Shown here piece by piece: positions 23,027 through 37,255 of a stretch of 64,000 bases of DNA. A program made the position numbers and the translations under genes. The notes beneath the pieces were generated by a model. The model had not been told where the DNA came from. It made no database searches and was given only the letters and a program-made list of their open reading frames with translations. The number at the start of each line of letters is the position of its first letter. Positions within the stretch are counted from its first letter, which is position 1. This stretch comes from Mobula hypostoma (lineage: Eukaryota): assembly GCF_963921235.1 (NCBI RefSeq), contig NC_086097.1, positions 192,264,001-192,328,000 of the forward strand, written 5' to 3'.

Positions 23027-26000
23027 AACAATGCGCCGCGGGATCCTCGAGAGGAAAAGACCCTATCCCAGAAGGAATGTTGGGGCCCCGATCCAGCGTG
23101 TTGATATGGATCAAGGGGATAGATACAAAAGCCATACTCAACATGGGGTCGCAGGTCACATTACTGTACCGGTCGTTCTACGATCAGTATCTGGCGCATT
23201 TACCCCTGACACTTTTCAGTGCACTGGAGATATGGGGCATCAGTGATGGTGATTACCCATACAATGGTTATTTGTCTGTGAAACTGGAGTTCCTGGAGGC
23301 TGAGGTGGGGGTGTCTGAGGCTCATGAGGCCCTGGTACTGGTTTGCCCAGACCCCGGTGAGACTGGGGGTGTGTCAATTGTGGTGGGGACAGTGCATCCA
23401 GTGTTCCGAGCTGCTTTTGAGGAAGCGTGAGTTCACCTTGGGCTGGACGCGACATGTGAACGAGGCACTGTGTGGTGTGCCCAGTCGAAGCCCAGGGTGG
23501 TGCGGCCGGGTGAAGTAGCGAGAGTGATGGGGCTCCCTAGATTCCGGGGGGTGCCTGAGGGTGAAGCCCTTTTAGTGGACACCCCGGAAGATCTCGAAGG
23601 GGAGTCGAGATTCCCTGCTGGGGTGCTGGTGTGACTCGAGTTGCAGAAGCTGTCGGTGGTACAGGCACGCAGGCTAGTGGTGATCGTCAGGAACACTACT
23701 GCACAGGAGGTCACCTTTAAGCGAAAAATGCCTCTGGCACATTTGTTCCCGGGGACGGTGATGCATAACGCCCCTGTGAGGTCAGTTAGGGAAGAGCAGT
23801 CAGGAAAAAGGCCTAAGTTGATTGCTGAAGCTTTTAACTTTGGGGCATCACCTGTACTGGAGGGTTGGAAGTGGAGGCTGGTAGAGAAGATGTTGACAAT
23901 GACAGATGTTTTTTCCCTTGACGAATTTGATGTGGGTTGTTCCAGGAGCACTCACCACACCATACGGGTGACTGAGGATACTCCATTTAGAGAACGATCA
24001 TGGCGACTGGCCCCTGCAGATGTGGAAGATGTGCGGCAGCATTTGGGCAAGTTGAAGGAGACCGGGATCATCACGGAGTCCCGAAGTCCGTATGCATCTC
24101 CTATCGTAGTGGCCCGGAAGAAGAATGGGAAGGTTCGTATGTGTGTGGACTACAGAACATTGAACAGGCACACGGTCCCCAGGTGGAAGATGCGCTGGCC
24201 TGTCTGAGTGGGGCAAAGTGGTTTAGCCTGCTGGATTTGAGGAGTGGGTATTACCAGATCCCGATGAGTGAGAAGACGGCCTTCATTTGCCCTTTGGGTT
24301 TTTACCAGTTCGAATGGATGCCCCAGGGCATATCAGGGGCTCCTGCCACCTTCCAGAGGGTCATGGAGAAGACAGTGGGGGATATAAACCTGCTCAAAGT
24401 GTTGGTATATTTGGGTGATCTCATAGTATTTGGATCCACCTTGGAAGAACACGAAGCGAGGCTAATGAAGGTGCTCAACCGGCTGAAGCAAGAAGAGTTG
24501 AAGCTTTCCGTGGACAAGTGCCAGTTCTGCCAGACATCTGTTAGCTATGTTGGACACATTGTCTCGCGGCATGGTGTAGCGACTGACCCAGCTAAGATCA
24601 AAGCAGTGACCACCTGGCTGAGGCCTGAGACCATGAGTGCTCTGCACTCGTTCCTAGGGTTCTGTGGGTACTATCAGAGATTCATGAAGGGCTATGCCAA
24701 TGTGAGTCATCCCTTGAACCAGCTTCTGCGTGGTTACCCTCCCCTGGGACAGAGGGGGAAGGGGAGGAAAGGACGGGAGGTGGGAGAATATTTGAACCCC
24801 TCAGAGCCACTCGGACAGAGATGGGATGACAAATGTGAAGCGGCTTTCCAGTCACTGAAGGAGATGCTGACTCAGGCGCTGGTGTTGGCTTTTGCAGACC
24901 CCCGATTGCCTTATGTGCTACACACTGATGCCAGTCATGAGGGGTTAGGGGCCGTTCTGTATCAGGATCAGGGCGCTGGCTTGAGGCCTGTAGCATTTGT
25001 CAGCCGGAGTTTGTCACCTTCAGAAAGAAACTATCCCACTCACAAGTTGGAGTTCCTGGCATTGAAATGGACGGTGGTGGATAAGCTGAGCGACTATCTC
25101 TACGGGGCCAAGTTTGAGGTGCGGACCAACAACAACCCGTTCACTTATATCTTGACCTCGGTGAAACTGGATGCCACAGGCCATCGGTGACTGGCAGCTT
25201 TGTCTTCATATGATTTCAGCCTGAAGTACCGGCCGGGGAGCCGGAATGCTGACGCGGATGGGCTGTCCCGAGGGGGCCATGAGGAACTGGGGAAGGACGA
25301 GGAGTAGGAGAATGTTCCTGCATCCGGGGTGAAGGTGATGTGCCAGTTTGCTATCACCGTGCAGGCTGAGGAGAAGGAGAGGCCGGATCGAGCTGTGGAC
25401 TCATTGGGGGCATCCGATGACGCTCTGCCCCACGTGTACTGTGACATGACTGCTCTGAAGACCACGCAGCAGCCAGGGTTAAACCCTGGGGAAGTGGACG
25501 CGCAGCGAGATGACCCAGACATAGGCTCGGTCTGGCATGCTGTGGAAGAGGGGGATGTGACACGGGTGGAGAAGGCTAAGCACGATCCCGTGTCCCTGTT
25601 ACTGAAAGAATGGCTTCAATTGAGTTTGAAGAACCAAATGTTGTACAGGGTAATGTCACCCCTGGACCGACCTCGGTGTTGACAGCTGGTCCTGCCGGAG
25701 AAGTATCAGAAGGTTGTGTTGAAGTCCCTCCATGATGACTCTGGACATTTGGGTGTGGAAGAGACCTATGGATTGCTCAAGGATCGGTTTTACTGGCCCC
25801 CAATGAGGACGGAGGTTGAAGAGTACTGCAAGTCCTGCATTCGTTGCATACGACGGAAGACACTGCCCGGGTAGGCTGCCCCTTTGTCCCACTTGCAGGG
25901 TGTGGGGCCTTTGGACCTGGTGTGTATGGATTTCCTGTCCATAGAACCCAATTCCAGCAACACGGCAAATGTCTTGGTCATTATGGACCACTACACCAGG

Positions 26001-27346
26001 TATGCTCAGGCTTTTCCTACTAGGGATCAGAGGACAACTACAGTGGCAAAAGTGCTATGGGAGAAGTATTTTGTGCATTATGGTCTTCCTCGGCAGATCC
26101 ATAGTGACCAGGGACGAGACTTTGAAAGCAAACTCATCTATGAGTTGCTGGGCATGCTGGGGGTTGAGAAATCGAGGAGCACACCCTATCATCCGCAGGG
26201 TGATCCCCAGCCGGAAAGGTTCAATCGGACGTTACTAGACATGCTCGGGACTCTGGAGATCAGCAAAAAGAATAGTTGGAGTTGACATATTGGGCATCTG
26301 GTTCACTGTTACAACCGTACCTGCAATGAAGCTACTAGTTACTCACCATATTATCTTATGTTTGGGCGCGAGGCAAGGTTGCCCATTGACCTTAGTTTTA
26401 GACTGATGCGGGTGACGTGTCGCCGAAGCCTTACTTGAAGTATGTGTCTGATATGAGGCAAGAGCTGAAAAGAGCTTACGAGTAGGCCGGGGAGGCTGCT
26501 GCCCGGCAGAATCAGAGTAATAAGAGGAGGTACAACCGGAAAGTAAAGTTTGCTCAACTCCTGCCAGGAGACCAAGTCCTCATTAGGAACCGCGGATTAC
26601 CGGGAAAACACAAGCAGGCTGATCACTGAGCAGCCACGCCCTATGTGGTGGAAAGTCAGATACCAAACCTGCCGATTTTCCGGGTACGGCCTGAGGATGG
26701 AAAGGTTCTCCATCGGAATCACCTGTTGCCCCTGCGGCAAGATGTGCAGGTAGAGCAGGAGCCTGAAGAGGTGGCTGCACCCAGTATCAGGACTCTGCGT
26801 TCCCGCAGGATGGAGGACATGCCTACCCCGGGAGAGACGGGTCCGGGCCCAGCCCCTGTGAGGGATACTGATTCAGAAGATGATGACTGGGATGGTTGGT
26901 ACATTCTGCCGTTCGCTGTTGATCCCGGGATGGAGGAAGAGACTCCTGGCCTTTCCCCCACTGGGTTAGAAGGGGCTACTGAGGGGCAGACGGGGCACCA
27001 CGGGGCGCTGGAGGAGAGGATGTAGGGCCTGGACCAGAGATAGAGGGTTCGGAGGTGCAGAAGGGCTTGGGTCACCGCTCGGGGGAGGATTTGCCTCGTA
27101 GTTTCAAAGGGTCCCCTGTAGTGTCCGAGGAAGAAGGGGTAGACGAGGGGGTGCATAGGCCTCAGAGGAGTTGGAAACCCCAGAGAGGTTGGCCAACGTA
27201 GCACCCAGGGAACAAGGTGTGATCTCTATTGTGCTGGGGAGTCAGATCACTGCTTTCTGCACGTGGATTGGGCTGTGTGTTCTGCAGGAAGGATGGTGAA
27301 TTATCTGAGCGTCATGAGGGCATGACTTATTTCGGTGGGGGGAGAA

Positions 27347-27982
27347 TGTAGGGCTCTCAGTATACTAGGTGGACTGTTGACTGTTGATCGCTTATTACCA
27401 AGATGGCTTCTCTGAAGTGTTATATTAAAATGGCTTCTTGTAATGTTAACTGCTGAGCAAGGGGTTCTCTGTATCTGCAATGTTTGGGTTATACAGTGAG
27501 ATAATGGCAATTGTATTCATTTGTTAGCCATTGGAAGTCATGTTCTGTTATCTTGTATATGTGTGCTGAATTGAAGAGCATGGGCGAGCAGAGAGGACAA
27601 ACGTGTGAGGAACGGATGGTGGTTCCCAGGCAGCGGACACTGGACCTCAGGGGTTCGGATGGTGTGGCTGGAGTCTCGGAAGGACGTTGTGGATGGAATC
27701 AGAGGCGTGAGCTCCAACGTATTAAAATATTATGTGCACAAGACTGATAAGTTACTTATGTGGCGCCTTTTCTTGTAGTTGTTTCTACTAATCCAACACC
27801 AAAAATTTGCTATAAAGTGTAATTCTTTACTCACACTTTGTATATTGTTTCATATTTGTGTCATGGCTGATCATTGGGCGACTCACACCTTATCCGCACC
27901 AAAGCAATTGCACTGTTTTGTGGGGTTGATGGCTATTCACCCTAGGCAATGGGGGGGGGTCAGTGGGGCAAAGACCCTTACA
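27347..27982 (+). repeat. 3' LTR of the Gypsy element (636 bp)
   Basis: TGTAGGG...CCCTTACA inverted termini, immediately preceded by polypurine tract GGGGGGAGAA. Confidence 0.85.
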
Positions 27983-28034
27983 GATCCTGAGAGGCAGGAT
28001 TTATGTACATTTGGAGAGGCATAATATGATTAGG

Positions 28035-29240
28035 AATAGTCAGCATGGCTTTGTCAAAGGCCGGTCATGCATTACAAGCCTGATAGAATTTTTTGAGGAT
28101 ATGATGAAGGTAGAGCAGTAGATATAGTGCATATGGATTTCAGCAAGGCATTTGATAAGGTACCCAATGCAAGGCTTATTGAGAAAGAAAGGAGGCATGG
28201 GATCCAAGGGGACCTTGTTTGTGGATCCAGAATTGGCTTGCTCACAGAAGGCAAAGAGTGGTTGTAGACAGGTCATATTCTGCATGGAAGTCGGTGACCA
28301 GTGGTGTGCCTCAGGGATCTGTTCTGGGATCCCTTCTCCGTGATTTTTATAAATGACCTGGATGAGGAAGTGGAGGGTTGGGTTAGTAAATTTGCTGGTG
28401 ACACAAAGGTTTGGGGGTGTTGTGGATAGTGTGGAGGGCTGTCAGAGGTTTCAGCAGGACATTGGTAGGATGCAAAACTGGGCTGAGAAGTGGAAGGTGG
28501 AGTTCAACCCAGATAAGTGTGAGGTGGTTCATTTTGGTAGGTCGAATATGATGGCAGAGTATAGTATAATGGCAAGACTTTTGACCGTGTGAAGGATCAG
28601 AGGGATCTTGCGGTCAGAGTCTATAGGATACTCAAAACTGCTGCACAGGTTGACTCTGTGGTTAAGAAGGCTATAATGTATTGGCCTTCACCAACCGTGA
28701 GATTGAGTTTAAGAGCTGAGAAATAATGTTACAACTATATAGGACCCTGGTCAGACCCCATTTGGAGTGCTGTGCTCAATTCCGGTCACCTCACTACAGG
28801 AAGGATGTGGAAACCATAGAAAGGGTGCAGAGGAGATTTACAAAGATGTTGCCTTATGAAAATAGGTTGAGTGAACTTGGCCTTTTCTCCTTAGAGCGAT
28901 GGAGGATGAGAGGTGACCTGATAGAGGTGTATAAGGTAATGAGAGGCATCGATTATGTGAATAGTCAGAATCTCAGGGCTGAAGTGGCTAACACGAGAGG
29001 GCACAGGTTTAAGGTGCTTGGGAGTAGGTGCAGAGGAGATGTCAGGGGTAAGTTTTTTATGCAGGAATGGGCTGTCGACAATGGTGGTGGCAATGGATAT
29101 GAAATAGTCTTTTAAGGGGCTCCTGGATAGGTACATGGAGCTTAGAAAAATAAAGGGCTGTGGGTAACCCTAGGTAATTTCAGCATTGTGGGCCGAACAG
29201 CCTGCTTTGTGCTGTAGGTTTTCTGTGTTCTATGTCTATG
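28035..29240 (+). mobile_element. CR1 RT/3' fragment
   Basis: Closely similar to 4883-5985; ends in a (TTCTATG)-like tail. Confidence 0.9.
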
Positions 29241-29944
29241 TCTACTTTTGCTCTCTTTTGCACTACCTATTTAATTTTTAAATATATATTTATTGTAATC
29301 TATAATATATTTTATGTATTACACTGTACTGCTGCTGAAAAACAACAAATTTCACGACAGACTGTAACAGTGAGATAAATCTGATTCCAAGGAAGCTGTT
29401 GTGTCTCTGCAGCAGGTAACAAGTACCTCCGCTGCTTTTATTAGGTAAAGGAGGACTACCCCTCCCCACTCTCAGTGCAATCTTTTGCTCAGAAGTCAGC
29501 CCCAGCATGAAGTAGTTCATGCTGAATGGAGTAAAACCTACTGAAGGGGTTTGCACCTACGCAGTTGTTGACACAATGTTTTGGGATAATGTCAAATGAC
29601 GTCCTATCGTGTCAAACAATCTTCTTGTGTTCTATAAAGTGCAAGATCCAAATGTTAATCTTCTAGGCAAGTATGGCTGCATGGCTGGTATTGCCAAACC
29701 AGTTTAAGTTACACAATCAAGAGAAAATCTGCAGATGCTGGAAATCCGAGCAACACACACAAAATGCTGGAGGAACGCAGCAGGCCAGGCAGCATCTATG
29801 GAAAAAAGTACAGTCAACGGTTACGCAAAATATGAGATAGTTGCTAATGACAAATAAATATGTATTTCCCATGAATTCCAAATTTTATACAGGTTTTCAA
29901 CTCTTTTATCTCAATTCCTTATCTCAATGTAATTTAGTTGTGAT

Positions 29945-30460
29945 AAAAGATGTTAATAAAATTCAGAGAGTACAGAGGAGATTTACTAAAATGTTGCCTG
30001 GGTTTCGTCTCCTAAGTTACAGAGAAAGGTTGAACAAGTTGGGTCTTTATTCTTTGGAACATAGAAGGTTGAGGGGGTACCTGATAGAGGTATTTAAAAT
30101 TATGAGGGGGATAGATAGAGTTGATGTGGATAGGCTTTTTCCGTTGAGAGTGGGGGAGATTCAAACAAGAGGACATGAGTTGAGAGTTAAAGGGCAAAAG
30201 TTTAGGGGTAATATGAGGGGGAACTTCTTTACTCAGAGAATGGTAGCTGATGGAACGAGCTTCCAGCAGAAGTGGTTGAGGCAGGTTCGATGTTGTCATT
30301 CAAAGTTAAATTGGATAGATATATGGACAGGAAAGGAATGGATGGTTATGGGCGGAGTGCAGGTTGGTGGGACTAGGTGAGAGTAAGAGTTTAGCTTTGG
30401 ACTAGAAGGGCTGAGATGGCCTGTTTCCATGCTGTAATTGTTATGTGGTTATATGGTTAT
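29945..30460 (+). mobile_element. 5'-truncated CR1 3' end
   Basis: Near-identical to 59283-59785, including the (GTTATATG)n tail. Confidence 0.9.
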
Positions 30461-32104
30461 AAGGGGATTAATATTTCTAACTCAAGAAAACTAAAGGTTG
30501 TCAATATTAAGATTAGTCTTTCTGAAATAAATTATTGATTTGATATTGAAGAAATACTTTAAATTTATTAGAAGTATTTCCTTTACCATCCCCAGTACTT
30601 GAGGCAACTCAATTTAGTATTTATGTTACAGCTTTCACTGCAACACAATATTGTAAAGTACTTCAGAACAAACCTATTAAGGTACAGCTGTTAGAGTACA
30701 GTGAAATGCAGCAATGTGCAGTGCCAAGGCCCGAACTGCTATGCATAATGAGATAATAAGCAGATCATTGTTTCTCAGAAATGCTGGTTAAATGTTTGCC
30801 AAAAAGCTGGGAATAGCTCTCCGACTCTTCTTCAAATCATGCAACAAAATCTTTCATCTGAGTGAGGAAAAAGAGACATCTAAAAAGGAGAATCTCAACA
30901 ATACAGCCTCTCCTCAGTAGTACATTGAAATATTTTCTTGAATTTGTAAGTCCTAGCTCTTAAAATGGTCTAATTAATACATTTACACATGATGAAAAAA
31001 TTGGTGGAGTTGTGCAAGGTGAGGAGCAATGTAGCAGGAGCAAAGAAAAAAAAAGAGCAACTAGAGGAAATGATCAGGTCAGACAGCATCTGTTGAAAAG
31101 AAGTAGACAGCTGACTTTTTTTTGTCAGCTCCAGCCATCTGGCTTGAAAGAGAAGGAATAGCCAATATAAAGAGGTGAGGAGAAGAATGGGCAATAATAT
31201 GTGACAAGTGGAGACAATGAAGGAGAGTAGATTGTAGAATCTGGTAAGAAAGGAAGGTCATGAGTGGAATCTAATAAGGGAGAGACGGTCAGCAGATGGC
31301 TGGAAAGAATAGGGTATGTGAAAGGACCAGAGCAGATCATAAGTGGAGAGGAAGGGGCTGACATGGAAAGGCCTGTTCCTGCTCTGTACTGTTATATGTT
31401 CCATGTTCCATTGGTTGAAATGTCAGCAATAAGCCTAATCCATCCCATTCAGCCTCAGGGGTCTGGTACAAGGTTGACAGAAGTGCATATTAGGATATCC
31501 TGGACATACGTTCACCCCCTAGGAGAAATGTTAAATAATATGGCTCCACAGTATTCTAACTTGTATTCTTGACAAATCAGGAAGATTGTGGGATCATCCT
31601 AAAGTGCTAGTTAACAGCAATGAATAGTATGTCATATACATGGACAGTGTGGCTGCCAGAGCAATGTCAGGTATCCCATTGGGCTTTGGGAAGATACTCT
31701 GCTGCCTTAGAAAATATGTTGAAAACCACAGAACAAAAGGGTACAGTGAAGTAAGGCCACATATTTGATAAATGGTTAAATCTGATGACCAGCAGTTGTG
31801 ATTCTGGAGACCAACCACTGGAAAAAGCAAACATGAGATAGAAACTAAGAGAGGAACTTGCTAAGATTAAACCTCAGCTAAGTGCTTCAAGAGTAGGTGA
31901 TATCTGAATACAAGAAGCAAGGTTTGGAAATTGTAAAAAAAAAAGTTGTGCAAGTTACTATAAGAACTGTGAAACTAAAGAGTTAAGTAATTGTTTAAAA
32001 CTATGTGGTAAACCTTTGAGTTGTGATTTATAAAAAAGTGTATTGTTAGGCATAGTCATTGTCTGATGTGTTTTTATCATATGCTATATTAAATTGACAA
32101 GAAC

Positions 32105-32450
32105 AGCACTCTGGTACAATTAGCAGAGCTGTGTCCTCAACAGTGCTAGAGAAATAGGTTCAATTCCTGACCTTCGGTACTGCTGGAGCAGAATTTTGTA
32201 TGCACTGTCAGTGACTGAATGGATTTCCCCTCGGTGCTCCAATTTCCTCCCACGCTCCAAAGGCACATGGGTTACTAGGTTAATTGTCCACTGAATTTTG
32301 CCCTTAGTCTGTCAATGAGTGGTAGGAACTGGATGGGAGCTGATAAGAGGATAAAATAAGAAATTAATACAAGTGTAAATGAATGGCTGGTGTTGGCTAG
32401 ACTCGAGGGGGAAGCACTTGATCGAGTGTTGTATCTCAGTCACTCTATGA
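32105..32450 (+). mobile_element. tRNA-derived V-SINE-like element (HE1-type)
   Basis: B-box GGTTCAATTCC at 32157; V-domain-like GGTGCTCCAATTTCCTCCCAC at ~32233; a similar fragment lies at ~46345-46500. Confidence 0.7.
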
Positions 32451-32496
32451 CTTTGACCTAATGATTCACAGGTGTAGTTACTATCAATAGATTTGT

Positions 32497-32710
32497 AACA
32501 CACACAAAATGCTGGAGGAAATCAGCAGTCCAGGCAGTATCTATAGAAAAAAGTAAATAGTTGACATTTCAGGCCAAGTTCTAATGACGGGTCTCAGCTC
32601 TAGATGTCGACTATACTCTTTTTCTTTAGATACTGCCTGGCCTGCAGAATCCCTCCATCATTTTGTGTGTGTTACTTTGGATTTCCAGCATCTGCAGATG
32701 TTCTCATGTC
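32497..32710. mobile_element. Inverted pair of Penelope-like pseudo-LTR ends, decayed
   Basis: AACACACACAAAATGCTGGAGG ... CCTCCATCATTTTGTGTGTGTT inverted arms. Confidence 0.75.
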
Positions 32711-33239
32711 TGCAATACCATCAACAGATTGTTGTTTGGACAGAGGATAGCAGCAAGGAATGACAGGGAATGGTTCAAGCAACTGCAGATGATAAGATCA
32801 TATTATACAGGAAGGCATATGAACACTTCACAGATAAGTCTTCCCATATTTTTTATAAAGCTTAAAGTTCATCTCACAGATAATTCTGATGGAAAAATCC
32901 AATGAGGAAGGTACAGGAGTGAGACAGAAGGGAGTGTTGGAAAAACTTGTCCTTATTGTGGAGTCAATGGTGGAAAAGGTGAGCACCCCTAAGTTCTTGA
33001 ATGTAAACACCTTGGAGGATCTGTCTAGGCCCAATGCACTGAAGGAATCGTGAGAAGTACATCATCGGCTCTAGTTCATTAGAAGTTTAACGAGATTTGG
33101 TATGTCACCAAAGACTCTAGCGAGTTTCTATAGATGTACAATGGAGAGCATTCTGACCATCTGCATCACAGCCTGGTATGGGAGCTCCAATGCTTAGGAT
33201 TACAAGAGAATGCAAAAGGTTGTAGATTAAGCCAGTTCC

Positions 33240-36200
33240 AGATTCCTAGATGGTATGTAGCCTCCTGGGTGCCAAGATCCAGGGCCCTTGTCACTCTTAA
33301 GTGGAATGGTGAGCAACCAGAGGTTGTGGTCCATGTTGGTACCAATGACATAAGTAGGAAGAGGGATGTCACTCTGCAAAATGAGTTCAGAGAGTTAGGT
33401 GCTAAGTTAAAGGACGACTTCCAGGGTTATGATCATAGGTTTGCTATCCATGCCATGTTCTAGTGAGGCCAGAATTAGGAAGACCATGCAGTTTAACACA
33501 TGACTAAGGAGTTGGTGCAGGGGAGAAGGATTCAGATTTTTGGACCATTGGGCTCTCTTCCAGGATAAGTGGGATAGATACAGATGAGATGGTTTGCGCC
33601 TAAACTGGAGGAGAACTAATATTCTAGTGAGAAGGTTTGCTACTACTAAAAGGGGGCGGGGGGGGGGCTGAGTTTTAAACTAGAGTTACAGTGGGATAGG
33701 AACCAAAGTACCAGAACAGATAGTGGAGTTGTTGTGGAGTCATATATTGTTAACACCTCAGACAAAGTCAGAAAGCAAAAGATTGAGCATGGTGGGACTA
33801 ATGTTCTGAGTTGTGTATATTTCAACAAAAGCAGTATCGTAGGAAAGATAGGTGAGTTCAGGGCATGGATTAACACCTGGAATTTTGATGTTGTAGCCAT
33901 TAGTGAGACATGTTTGCAGGCAGTGCAGGATTTGGTAGCTCAAAATTCTGAGGTTCTGTTGTTTTAGACATGATAGAGAGGGTGGGATTACAGGGGGAGG
34001 GGTGACGTTACTAGTCAGGGAAAATGTCATGACAGTGCTCACGACTGGAGAACTTGTCTAGTGAGGCATTATGGGTGGAACTGAGGAATAAGAAAGGCAT
34101 GACTCCATTCATGGAGTAATATTACAGACCACCCAACAGTCCATGGGATTTAGAGGAAGAAATTAGAGAGATCGCAGACTGTTGCAGGAAACATAAGGTT
34201 GTGATTGTAGGTGATTTTAACTTTCCACATATTGACTGAGACTCCCATACTGTAAAAGGACTAAATGGGATAGAGTTTGCCAAATGTGTTCAGGGAAGTT
34301 TTCTTAGTCTATAGAATTCTCAACAAGAAAGTGTGTGATACTTGATCTCCTATTAGAGATATTGACAGAAGTTTGTGTGGGGCAACACTTTGCATCTAGT
34401 GATCATAATGCTATTAGTTTCAAGGTAAATATGGAAAGGAAAGGTTTGGTCCTGGGGTTGAGTTTCTAAATTGACAAAAAGCCAATTTTGATGGCATCAG
34501 TAAGGATCTGGCAAGTGTGGATTTGGACTGGCTGTATTCTGGCAAAGGTGTACTTGGTAAGTGCAGGGGGATCTCAATGAAACCTACCGAACGTTGAACG
34601 GACCAGATAGGGTGGATGTGGAGAGGATGTTTCCTGTGGTGGTGGTATCCAGAACTAGGGGGCACAGCCTCAAAATTGAGGGGTGACCTTTTAGAATGGA
34701 GGTAAGGAGGAATTACTTTTAGCCAGAAAGTGGTGAATCTGTGGAATACTCTGTCACAGGCTGCAGTGGAGGCGAAGTCTGTGGGTATACTTAAGGCGGA
34801 AGTTGATAGTTTCCCGATCAGTCAGGGCATCAAAGGGTATGGTGAGAAGGCAGGTGTTTGGGGTTTAGTGGGATCCAGGCTCAGCCATGAGGAGCAGAGC
34901 AGACTCAATTGGCTGAATGGCCTAATTCTGCTCCTATGTCTTATGGTCTTATAGCCTTCAAAAGTGATTATTTTAGAGTACAAAGCTTGTATATGGCTGT
35001 CAGAATAAAAGGCAAGTATAATAGATTTAGGGAACCTTGTTTTCTGAAAGATATGGAGTCACTGGTTAAGAAAACAAAGGAGGTGCATAGCAGCTATAAA
35101 CAGGTAGGAATAAATTAGGTACTTCAGGAGCATATAAATTTAAGAGAGGCACATAAGAAAGAAATCAGGAGGGCTAAAAAAGGCATGAGGTTGCTCTAGC
35201 AAATAAGGTGAAAAAGAATCCTAAGCGCTTCTGCAGATCTATTAAGAGCAAAAGGATTGCAAGGGACAAAATTAGTCCTCTGGAAGATCACAATGGTAAT
35301 TTATTCGTGGAGTGAAAAAGATGGGAGAGATCTCAATTTTTTTTGCATCTGTATATACTCAGCAGAGGGACACAGAGTCTTTAGAAGTGAGGCAAAGTAA
35401 CAGCGAGATCATGGGCCCTATACAGATTACAAAGGAGGGGGTGTTTACTGTCTTGAGGGAATTCAGGGTGTGCATCTCCCTCGGACCCTGTGGGAGGCAA
35501 GTGCAGAAATTGCAGGGGCCCTGGCAGAGATACTTAAATCATCCTTAGCCCCAGGTGAGGTACCAGAGGATTGGAGGGTAGCCAATTGCTGTTATAGTCA
35601 TACTTTACTAATCCCAGGGGAATTTGGTTGAACTGTTCCACTGTTTAAGAAAGTCTGTACGAATAAACCAGGAAATTATAGCCTGGTGAGTCTGACATCA
35701 GTAGTGGGAAGGTTATTGGAAGGTATTTCGAGAAACCGTATATATGAGTATTTGGATAGACAGAGATTGAATAGGGATAGTCAGCATGGCTTTGTGCATA
35801 GTAGGTTGTGTCTAACTGATCTTATGGATTTTTTTGAGATGTTACCAAGAAAGTTGATGAAGGCAAGGCAGTAGATGGACTTCAGGAAGTCATATGACCA
35901 GGTCCCACATGGGAGTTTGGTCAAGAAGGTTCAGTCGCTTGGTATTCAGGATGAGGTAGTAAACTGGATTAGACACTGGCTTTGTGGGAGAAGCCAAAGA
36001 GTGGTAGTAGATGGATAGTTCTGTGTCTGGAGGCCTGTGACTAGTGGAGTACCACAGTGATTGGTGCAGAGCTTGTTATCTATATCAACAATCTGAATGA
36101 GAATGTGGTTAACTAATCAGCAAATTTGCAGATGACACCAAGCTTGGGGGTGGGGTGGACAGCAAGGAAGACATTCAAAGCTTGCAGTAGGTTCTGGACC

Positions 36201-37255
36201 AGCTGGGAAAATGGGCTGAAATATGTCAGATGGAATTTAATGCAGACAAGGGAACATGAGGGTAAGCTTCTTCACTCAGAGGGCTGTGAGAGTGTGGAAT
36301 GAGCTGTGAGTACAAGAGTTACATTCTAGCTAAATTTCAAAGTTTAAAAGTAGTTTTGGATGGGGATATGGATGGTAGGGGTATGGAAGGCTATGGTCCC
36401 AGTGCAGGTCAATGAGAGTAGGCTGTTTAAATGGTACAGCTCAGACTAGATGGGCAGAAGGGCCTGTTTCTATTTTGTACTTTTCTATGACTCTAAGTGT
36501 GAGGTGTTTCACTTTGGGAGAACCAACCAGGGTAGGTCTTACACAGTGAATGGTAAGGCACTGAGGAGTGCAGTAAAACAAAGGGACTTGGGAATGCAGG
36601 TCTATAATTTATTGAAGGTGGCGTCACAAGTGGATCAGATTGTTAAAGTACACTGGCCTTCACAGATCAAAGTATTGAGTACAGGAGTAGGGATGTTATG
36701 TCGAAGTTGTGTAAGACATTGGTGAGGCCTGGTTTGGCATATTGTATGCAGTTTTGGTCACCTACCTGCAGAAAAGGTGCAAGCATGAAAGAGTATGGAG
36801 ACAATTTACCAGGATGCTGCTGGGACTGGAAGACATGAGTTATGAGGAAAGGTTAAATAATTTCGAACATTATTCCCCAGAACTTAGGAGAATGAGGGTA
36901 GATTTGATTTACAGAATTATGAGGGGTATAGATAGGGTAAATGCAAACAGACTTTTTCCCACCGAGGTTGTGTGAGACTCCAACTGGAGGTCAAGAATTA
37001 AGGGTGATAGGTGAAATGCACAAGGGGAACATGAGGGGAATCTTCTCCCAGATGGTGGAGAGAGTGTGGAACGAGCTGCCAGTGCAAATCATGGATGCAA
37101 TTTCAATTTCAACATTTCAGAGAAGTTTGGATAGGTACATGGGTGGGAAGAGAATGGAGGGCTATGGCCCGGGTGCAGTTTAGTCCCAAAGGGACTAAGC
37201 AGTTTAAACGAAGGGGCTGTTGCTGTGCTGTAGTTTTCTATGACTCTGTGTCTCC
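33240..37255 (+). mobile_element. Long decayed CR1 (ORF1 esterase tail, endonuclease, RT) with nested CR1 3' ends at ~34565-34950 and ~36250-36495
   Basis: 'PEVVVHVGTND', 'FDVVAISET', GDFNFP and GNYSLVSLTS remnants; the reading resumes after each nested 3'UTR. Confidence 0.85.

Larger units (their letters stand above)
22104..27982 (+). mobile_element. Ty3/Gypsy LTR retrotransposon with PNMA-type gag, 5'-truncated and decayed
   Basis: gag 'KLRIFSG...YESWVEH', CCHC 'CYNCGEEGHFRREC'; PR 'AILNMGSQVT'; RT 'LDLRSGYYQ', 'YLGDL'; RNase H 'HTDAS', 'HKLEFLAL'; IN 'CMDF', 'HSDQG', 'ERFNRTL'; order PR-RT-RH-IN; PPT then 3' LTR. Confidence 0.95.

Noticed and set aside
24000..25190. 396-aa ORF as an intact pol
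   Set aside because: The catalytic YLDD reads YLGD, the N-terminus is out of frame, and stops flank it.
32105..32175. tRNA gene
   Set aside because: Only a B-box-like motif followed by SINE body sequence; no cloverleaf can be folded.
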